64,000 bases of DNA from Octopus sinensis (taxonomy: Eukaryota): the NCBI RefSeq assembly GCF_006345805.1, contig NC_042999.1, forward strand, positions 138,880,001-138,944,000, read 5' to 3'. Within the stretch, counting starts at the first letter, position 1. Each line of letters starts with the position of its first letter. Below the pieces are notes generated by a model. The model worked only from the letters and a program-made list of their open reading frames with translations. It searched no databases and had not been told where the DNA came from. Below, in pieces: positions 63,490 to 64,000 of the stretch. The position numbers were made by a program, and so were the translations under genes.

Positions 63490-63955
63490 TATATACATAT
63501 ATATATGACATGTAACGTGTGCGCGTGTGCGTGTATGTGCATGTATGCGTGTAAACATCCCTATGTATATAAATCAATATTTTCGATCAACCTGTTTGTT
63601 TAATGCTGTAGCTGTGGATCGTTCGTTCTACTTAGTCATGTTTTCAACCCACCAACAAAAAAAAAAAATTGTAATAATAAAAACACACTCACACAATGAA
63701 AGAAAATACACATAAAGAAAATACACTAAAAATTTTTGAACAAAAACTCTCACACAAAATTTAAACAAATTCTATCTGAATGATTTAATGCATAAAAACA
63801 GTTTGTAAACTGAAACAACACACAACACACAACTCTCTCTTTCTGTCTCTCTGTCTATCTGTCTGTCTTTCTCTCTCTCTCACACACACTCACACAGGGG
63901 CACACACACTGATATGTAAAGGATGGAAAGAAGAGAAAAAGTTAGCAATACTTAC

Positions 63956-64000
63956 GCGTTGAACAGATAGCGGCTTAGCAAAATCCGATCCCCCTTGTAA
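63956..64000 (-). CDS. Zasp: Partial coding exon (runs off window edge) of a PDZ-LIM / Zasp-like protein, N-terminal PDZ domain
   Basis: Reverse complement tta caa ggg gga tcg gat ttt gct aag ccg cta tct gtt caa cgc = LQGGSDFAKPLSVQR, followed directly by the donor GTAAGT (63955-63950). Matches the PWGFRLQGGxDFxxPLxVQ(K/R)V motif of Zasp/PDLIM PDZ domains. Exact paralogue cannot be fixed from 15 aa. Confidence 0.8.

Overview
AT-rich, microsatellite-saturated animal genomic DNA. The SINE, LINE and microsatellite landscape suggests a coleoid cephalopod, most likely Octopus; this is an inference with no database check. The only host coding sequence I can support is 45 bp at the right edge (63956-64000, minus strand). 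It reads LQGGSDFAKPLSVQR followed by a GTAAGT donor and matches the first PDZ exon of a Zasp/PDLIM-type PDZ-LIM gene. I recognised no following exon, so most or all of the window is probably one very large intron transcribed on the minus strand. The interval holds about 30 tRNA-derived SINE copies from three or four families, fragments of R4/Dong-, RTE- and CR1/L2-like LINEs, mariner, piggyBac and Tigger relics, a Helitron-like element and several foldback elements. The most notable signal is a set of minimal hammerhead ribozyme motifs of the Penelope-like-element (PLE) type, from several distinct families: 2000, 3395, 12192, 20619, 27669, 33250, plus truncated copies at 12240 and 33423. Two carry recurrent non-canonical cores. 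Two sit in inverted-arm cassettes, one of them with a 13-bp target-site duplication and a captured tRNA-like segment. Four lie on the presumed pre-mRNA strand. No CRISPR, rRNA or genuine tRNA genes were seen. Nearly all ORF-track entries are microsatellite artefacts.
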